Below are positions 56,242 to 64,000 of a DNA stretch of 64,000 nt, piece by piece; position 1 is the stretch's first letter, and each line of letters opens with the position of its first letter. The translations under genes and the position numbers were made by a program. Below the pieces are notes generated by a model that saw only the letters and a program-made list of their open reading frames with translations, had not been told where the DNA came from and ran no database searches. The stretch covers positions 4,526,001 to 4,590,000 of the forward strand of contig OZ024746.1 of assembly GCA_964016885.1 (NCBI GenBank). The letters run 5' to 3'. Source of the DNA: Eledone cirrhosa (taxonomy: Eukaryota).

Positions 56242-56307
56242 TATTTCATTATATATATTTCGGGGATATCATATTAACAATATGCTATGCCTTCCTCAGA
56301 CAAAATA
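56242..56307 (-). ncRNA. Type I hammerhead ribozyme (family D), left-arm copy
   Basis: Reverse complement of 56442-56507. Confidence 0.75.
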
Positions 56308-56441
56308 CAATATAAACAGTTTTATAGATAAATAGATTCGAGATACCGTAACAACACCGACTTGTATTTGAACCTCTTCAAATACAAGTCGGTGTTGTTA
56401 CGGTATGTCGAATCTATTTATCTATAAAACTGTTTATATTG

Positions 56442-56507
56442 TATTTTGTCTGAGGAAGGCATAGCATATTGTTAATATGATATCCCCGAAATATATATAA
56501 TGAAATA
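56442..56507 (+). ncRNA. Type I hammerhead ribozyme (family D), right-arm copy
   Basis: TATTTTGT-CTGAGGA-AGGCATAGCATATT/AATATGATATCCCC-GAAA-TATATA-TA-ATGAAATA. Confidence 0.75.
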
Positions 56508-56637
56508 AATATGGTTTTATAAATATAGTTTCCATTTATTTAATATTGTAAATATACTCCAAATATTTGTCGAGTGCTTTTATATCAGGTATAAATATTT
56601 ATTAGTTGTAACCCAACAATTTTAAATATAACTTTCC

Positions 56638-56677
<40 letters not shown>

Positions 56678-56834
56678 GTATATATATATATACATATATA
56701 TATACATATATATATGTATATATATTCCTCTTACTGTAGTTGACGGGGTTAAATGGTAAAGTCAAATTATTAGCAATGTCGTTCTTGTGTTCCAACCTCC
56801 CATCTTTATTAGAATCTCTTCGGCTAAAATCACT

Positions 56835-56905
<71 letters not shown>

Positions 56906-57124
56906 TCTCTCTCTCTCCTCTCACTCTCTCTCTCTCTCATTCAGCTATAGATGACACATAGGAAAATACATTGGCGTCTAATTTGTTTCGCTATCATGAA
57001 TCGAACCAGTAATGAAGTCTTTATATATCAGGTCTGTTCCTGGTTGAGATAGAAGTCAAACTTCCCTCCAATAACGTTCTGTCGGACTATGTATAATGAA
57101 GGTAGGTTCTTGGTTGGAACCATT

Positions 57125-57178
<54 letters not shown>

Positions 57179-57315
57179 GTGGGGTTTTTTGGTTTTTTTA
57201 CAAAATGAAAAATAACCGAGGTGTCCTACACGAGTGAAAGTATAAAGAAAAAGAGATGAAATCGAAAATGCAACTGGAGTCTTATTTTTTTTTAAATATA
57301 TATATTTATTTGGTT

Positions 57316-57353
57316 CCTTTACCGGTTTCACAGTTCTTCTGCTTTTCAAAAGG
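57316..57353 (-). ncRNA. Minimal type I hammerhead with U3-A8 core covariation (family I)
   Basis: Minus: CCTT-TTGAAAA-GCAG-AAGAA-CTGT-GAAA-CCGG-TA-AAGG. Confidence 0.7.
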
Positions 57354-57937
57354 TGAGTTGAGATGGAGGGTCTGTGATTTTTCTCACATCTGGTTGGTCT
57401 CTGAATGTTACTTGTTTTATATGGAAAAAGTGGCTCGAAATGCCAGGTTTTTCGAGAAGTAATTTGATTGGTTTGTCAATAATTATAATAAATTTCGCGC
57501 CAGTTCGCGTTACAATAGTTCTTCAAATAAGGGGGAGGGGGGGGGGTGTCACAGGTTGTTTTTTCATATATGAGTGTTTGAATTTCTTTTTACTTGAAAA
57601 AAGGAGGCTCACGAAGGCTTTTTTGGAGTTGGTTATAAATGAAATTATGGCTGTCACGTGAACAAGTTTTCATTAAATTTTTGTGCCCTTATTTGGAAAT
57701 CCATTCTGTAGCCTTTTTAGAGAATTTTTTGATAAGTGAAAGATAATGGTCAAGCGAAAGGGATGGGAGAATTGTTCTGGTTCAGTGAATATGGTTAGTT
57801 CGCTGGGGTGTCAGAATTCAGATTTTCTATTGAATAAAGAAAGTAAAGATATGTATGTTTATTTGTGTGCTTGTGTGTGTGTGCGTGTGTGTGTGTGTGT
57901 GTTTGAATTTCTTTACTTTAAAAAAAGGTGGCTCACG

Positions 57938-57994
<57 letters not shown>

Positions 57995-57995
<1 letters not shown>

Positions 57996-58484
57996 AGATA
58001 AATCTACCAAAAGTTTACGGTAGTGTCCAATCCGTATGAAGAACTCAATGTAATCCGGATATCATGAAAAGAGAAGATGCATTCAAAAACTACTTTCGGT
58101 GAAAAATAAACGGAAAACAGAGTCAAGATAAATTATTAAAAAAATAATGAATAAACAAAGAAACAATTCCTTATATTAAACAAAAAAAGTTCATTATTTT
58201 ACGATCGTTTCTAGGATATATATGTGTTAGAATTGGTATGCATATTCTATAGATCTATGTACAATATTTATACAAACTATCAGAGGGAATATACATACCT
58301 TCACATATATATGCTGTCTTCAGAAAAAATGATAGTTTGTATAAATATTGTACATAGATCTATAGAATATGCATACCAATTCTAACACATATATATCCTG
58401 GAAACGATCGTAAAATAATGAACTTTTTTTGTTTAATATAAGGAATTGTTTCTTTGTTTATTCATTATTTTTTTAATAATTTAT
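57995..58484. mobile_element. Family B cassette in fold-back form between (TA)n tracts, with a minus-strand HHR at 58192-58331
   Basis: Arms 58128-58282 and 58330-58484; minus CTGAAGA...GAAA-CGATCG-TA; homologous to 1497-1810. Confidence 0.85.
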
Positions 58485-58617
58485 ATATATATATATATAT
58501 ATATAGTGGTGGAGGTGGAACACTGGAAGGTCATATCCGTAGTGGTAGACCACTCAGTCCAAGGGACGAGTTGGGTAGAAGTGGTTACACAACAGTTCAC
58601 CATACCGAGAACACATC

Positions 58618-58657
58618 CCGAGCTGAAGATCCGCGAAGGTGAAACAATTGTTCTCGG
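58618..58657 (+). ncRNA. Minimal type I hammerhead ribozyme (family H)
   Basis: CCGAG-CTGAAGA-TCCGCGAAGGT-GAAA-CAATTG-TT-CTCGG; lies in and between inverted repeats 58576-58613 and 58649-58690. Confidence 0.8.
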
Positions 58658-58685
58658 TATGGTGAACTAACTGTTGTGTAACCAC

Positions 58686-58747
<62 letters not shown>

Positions 58748-58830
58748 ATAATAATAAATTTGAAGACTAAAATCCAAAGAGGGCTCGATAAGGATAAATA
58801 TATATCAAATATATAAGAACCGTAGAGCAA

Positions 58831-59098
<268 letters not shown>

Positions 59099-59143
59099 TA
59101 TACATATATATTTTGTTAGATTGAAAAGTCTATGAATATATGA

Positions 59144-59176
<33 letters not shown>

Positions 59177-59824
59177 CACTACTCAAAGGTGTCTAGTGGG
59201 ATTATCTTGTTTCGTATAATAAAATATTCGTTTCTGCCTGTGTGTACATAAATCTATAAACTCCTGTTTATGTTTATATAAATATATACACACGTACATA
59301 ATGTTTATGTAGTTTTATATCCACTTACATATGTAGACGTACACCATTAGATATGTATATGTTTACATAAACACACATACACACACACAACCACAGACAC
59401 ACGTGTGTGTATATGTGCGAGCGCATATGTATGTATAAGTATATACACACATATATGTGTGTGCGCGCACGTGTGTGTGTGTGTGTATGCGTGTACACAT
59501 GTATGTGTGTATGTATGTATGTATATATGTATGTACGTGCGTATTTATGTATGTATATACATGTATATATATGTATGTAAACGTATATATATATACATAT
59601 GTATGTATATATTTATATATATATATTTATATATATATATTTATATATATATATTTATATATACACATACAATATAATACTTTTTTCTCATGTCATTTCG
59701 AAAGGGGATAAAAATATGAATTGTATAAATTGTATAACTTATTATTCAAACATGTCTGTCGTAAATCATATTACTGGGCAAATTGTCTAAAAAGAGAGTG
59801 AAGAAGATAGAGGAGGGTGGGAGA

Positions 59825-59874
<50 letters not shown>

Positions 59875-59875
59875 A

Positions 59876-59939
<64 letters not shown>

Positions 59940-60332
59940 ATGTGTAAGAATATGATTGATATTTTTCTTGTATTTGATCTTACTACGATCTTGCCAAACG
60001 GACAATATATACTGGTGAACCAAAAGTTTGTTGCGATATCATGATGTGTTAACTATCCAATATTCCATCAAGAATTATATAGTGCCATATAACATTTGCT
60101 TTTGTTATTGTAGTTGCCGATATTGTTGTTGTTGTTGTTGATGTTGTTGTGTCGTCATTTATTTTTCTGGTCATTCTGTTTATTATTGATGTTTTCATTA
60201 TAAATAAATATATATATATATATGTATAACTATATATATATATATGTACAACTATATATATATATATACGTTACCTCTACCATCACCCCTTGCCCTCAGT
60301 TATAGCTCTATCACAAATATTACTAATATTAC

Positions 60333-60398
<66 letters not shown>

Positions 60399-60564
60399 TA
60401 TATATATATGTATAACTATATAAATATATATATATATATATGTATAACTATATAAATATATATATATATGTATAACTATATAAATATATAAATATATATA
60501 TAACTATATAAATATATAAATATATATATATATATATATATGTATATACAAATATATATATATA

Positions 60565-60630
<66 letters not shown>

Positions 60631-60910
60631 AATATATATATATTTATATACATACATATATATATATATTATATATATATATATATATATGTATAACTAT
60701 ATATATATATATGTACAACTATATATATATATATAACTGTCTATATATATGAGTGTGTATAACTATATATATATATATGTATGTGTGTATTTTTTTTTAT
60801 CATCTTTCATTTTTCAACATGAGTTTATTTTTAATGTCATTATTTATATTGTGTATAGACTCTCTTTTTATACGCACGCACACATTACATATTTAAATAT
60901 CATATATGTG

Positions 60911-60947
<37 letters not shown>

Positions 60948-60961
60948 GTGTGTGTGTATGA

Positions 60962-61060
60962 GTCCCGGGTTAAATCGAAGGTACCCACATTTAGTAAGGT
61001 ACTCAATGCATTAAATGAAACAGTTCTAGTCCTGTATAAGTCATTTCTATATTAAACTTG
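60962..61060 (+). mobile_element. Family E fragment
   Basis: Reverse complement of 5992-6037 joined to AATGAAACAGTTCTAGTCCTGTA. Confidence 0.7.
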
Positions 61061-61076
61061 ATATATGTATATATAT

Positions 61077-61124
<48 letters not shown>

Positions 61125-61562
61125 GAGGGAGAGGGGGAGCGAGAGAGTCAGAGGGGGGGGGGGTAGATATTTAGAGGATGAAATATATCATTCGTTATAC
61201 AATGAAGAAGATATTGGCAACAGAGGCATGTATTGAAATAAATATAAAGAATTTTAATTATCTCTTATTCTAGGTCTCGAGGTTTGACCGGTGGTCATCT
61301 GATACGTTAGAGAGAACTTAAGCAATAAACTGATGATGACTGATATTATATATATTTTGAATGTGTCGTGAGTGTTTAACAATGGATTTATTTGAAATAC
61401 GAACATTATTCTAGTTCTTTATGAAGTTGTGGTGGTGAAGGTGGGTTCAATCTGTGCTTGACCTTGCACAGCTACCTTTACAACTGAACTTGAGAGAGAC
61501 GTCCGAACAAGTATCCTCCACCTCCAACTAACTTACCCTCCGCCTCTGGGTCCTGGCTCATA

Positions 61563-61740
61563 TAATTGTTTCTACTTTTGGCACAAGGCCGGCAAATACC
61601 CAGTACATTACTGGTACTTTATTTTATCGTAAGGATGAAAGACAAAGTTAACCTCGGCGGGATTTGAACTCAGACCGTAAAGGGATGTAACTATGATGTA
61701 ACTAAAGCATGGCGTCCGACTCTCTACCGATACTGCCAAT
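61563..61740 (-). mobile_element. SINE family 1
   Basis: Homology to the other copies, with a small deletion. Confidence 0.88.
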
Positions 61741-61744
61741 GATA

Positions 61745-61950
61745 TAATGGAGACTATATTGTCTTGGAACTCGCCGAGAAAGATGCACTGAAACAGTCAC
61801 TCGATCTCGTGAAGCTCGCACCTGGGGGCAGCCAACACCGCTCCGATAGCAGTGAATAGGGATATGGTCCGGGGGGCCAAGAACGCTGGAAGTCTCCACT
61901 ACTACAGACTCTACCACAAACCTATTAGAGAGCGGCTGATACTTAGACAA
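61745..61950 (-). pseudogene. CRE-like endonuclease fragment
   Basis: SKYQPLSNRFVVESVVVETSSVLGP; frameshifted paralog of 8880-9095. Confidence 0.7.
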
Positions 61951-62713
61951 TTTAATTCTTTCTGTTTTTTACTTAACAGGCCTGTTTTATATTCTAGCTC
62001 AAGTATTAGTGGAATTAGTAATACTTCCGTAGTCGCATTATTGACGTGAAAACGCTTCAATCGTTAATCTAGGAATCAAAATTGTGTCGCAATTCGATTA
62101 ATGGTTTAATAATACAATTATATTTTTGTAATCTAAGATTCATTTCTTCTTTCAAGATGGCGGATTAAAAATATAACTTCAAACGTGATAATGTTTTCAG
62201 GATTTCTGAAGATTTATCGAATATATTGTGTGAAGATCAAAATGTTGTGATTTGGGTATATCTATATAAATACATGGTTTCATTGTACTTTAGATACAGG
62301 TCATGTCTGATTTAGCAGACCTATGATCAAGGGCGGTCCAACAGTAACCATCATGTCTTTCTCTTTAAGACACAGTATATCTAGGTTTATAGTATCCAAT
62401 GTTTTAATGGGTAAGGTGTAATTAGAGGGAGACTCGTTTGGTAGTGTTGTCATGTAATAGGATCATAGTTGGCATGGTAGCGTTGGTTAGCCTCCATTTC
62501 ATAGTTTTCTTCTACTCACCACATACCTAATAGCGACTAGAACGAGCTTATGGGATTGTATGTATGTGTGTGTACACACATACATACATACACACAAACA
62601 CACATACATACATACACACAAACACACATACATACATACATACACACAAATACACACACATACACACACACACACATATAAATATACTAAGTTAAAGTAT
62701 CATACCGTTATAT

Positions 62714-63000
<287 letters not shown>

Positions 63001-63010
63001 ATATATGTGT

Positions 63011-63065
<55 letters not shown>

Positions 63066-63078
63066 TGTGTGTGGGTAT

Positions 63079-63123
<45 letters not shown>

Positions 63124-63132
63124 TGTGTGTGG

Positions 63133-63258
<126 letters not shown>

Positions 63259-63399
63259 ATCTACACATACACTGAAACAAAACAAATTCCTACCATGGAC
63301 TGAACATAAAAGAATCAAATTCCCATTGTCACTCTCTACGTCTCCCTCTCTCTCCATCTCTCACTATTATAAGATAAATGGGGGGGGGGTCCAGGTGCT

Positions 63400-63605
63400 G
63401 ACTACCACGTGGTCCGACAATAGAGAAGGCGTTTCCTCGGAAGATAGTGAAGGAGACGCACTGGAAGAGCCATTCCAGCTCGCAAGGCTCATACCTGCGG
63501 GTAGCCAACTCTTTGCCGATGGTTGTGAGCAAGAAAGTGGTCCTAGGATCAAGTATACCAGTTGTCTCCACTGCTGCGGCCTCGACTGTCGGAGAGCGAC
63601 CGATA
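63400..63605 (-). pseudogene. CRE-like endonuclease fragment
   Basis: ETTGILDPRTTFLLTTIGKELATRRYEPCELEWLFQCVSFTIFRGNAFSI. Confidence 0.75.
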
Positions 63606-64000
63606 TTTTAAATGTTTTGTACTTTTCCAAAATATGGCTCGAAAAATAGAAACACAAATCTTTTAATTTTTTAAGCTTCACTTTAAATTATGGTTTTCTC
63701 AATTTTACTTTTTAACAATTTAATCAAGGGGTTGGTTCGGTTGTGCTTCAGATTAGGAGAAAGGCAAATAAGTGCAGCTTATTAGATTATTGTGAATTGT
63801 TAGACAGTGTAGTCTTTTCTTAAATCTGTTAAACTACTAATTTTTGCAACACCTAAAATACAGAACCAAAAGGAGTATAAATAAAATATTGGAAGTAAAT
63901 GGTTTAGAAATACATTTCCTGTCTAAAATCTCGTAGCAGTTGAAAGAAATATTGGTTTGACTCGTTATGGGTTTTACAGGTGTCATATAAATGAAAACTA

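Larger units (their letters stand above)
56199..56550. repeat. ~174-bp-arm palindrome with 4-nt loop (family D cassette; tail continues to ~56640)
   Basis: Loop CCTC 56373-56376; one mismatch seen between the arms; (TA)n on both sides of the cassette. Confidence 0.97.

Noticed and set aside
57810-57850. Minus-strand LFNRKSEF as a PLE ORF terminus for family I
   Set aside because: Too short to distinguish from chance without a search.

Overview
Eukaryotic, AT-rich, microsatellite-saturated non-coding DNA. The SINE repertoire and repeat style suggest a coleoid cephalopod such as Octopus (inference). No host protein-coding gene can be supported; almost all listed ORFs are translations of (TA)n, (CA)n, (GA)n, (TATG)n, (GGT)n or minisatellite arrays. 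Recognisable content: two tRNA-derived SINE families (about 18 copies), a 5'-truncated Tx1-clade LINE with a 16-bp TSD plus a decayed copy, RTE-clade fragments (APE, RT, C2H2 tail, 5'UTR-derived element), three CRE-like endonuclease fragments, tiny Tc1/mariner-type MITEs and several minisatellites. The main hidden signal is a dense set of type I hammerhead ribozyme (HHR) motifs that I folded by eye: about 11 with an intact catalytic core in about 8 unrelated sequence families, plus degenerate and half copies. Nearly all lie in short cassettes between (TA)n tracts, and many are arranged as fold-back palindromes. Two lie downstream of Penelope-like element (PLE) GIY-YIG C-terminal coding remnants, which ties the set to PLEs. 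All folds, alignments and coordinates are manual; no searches were run.
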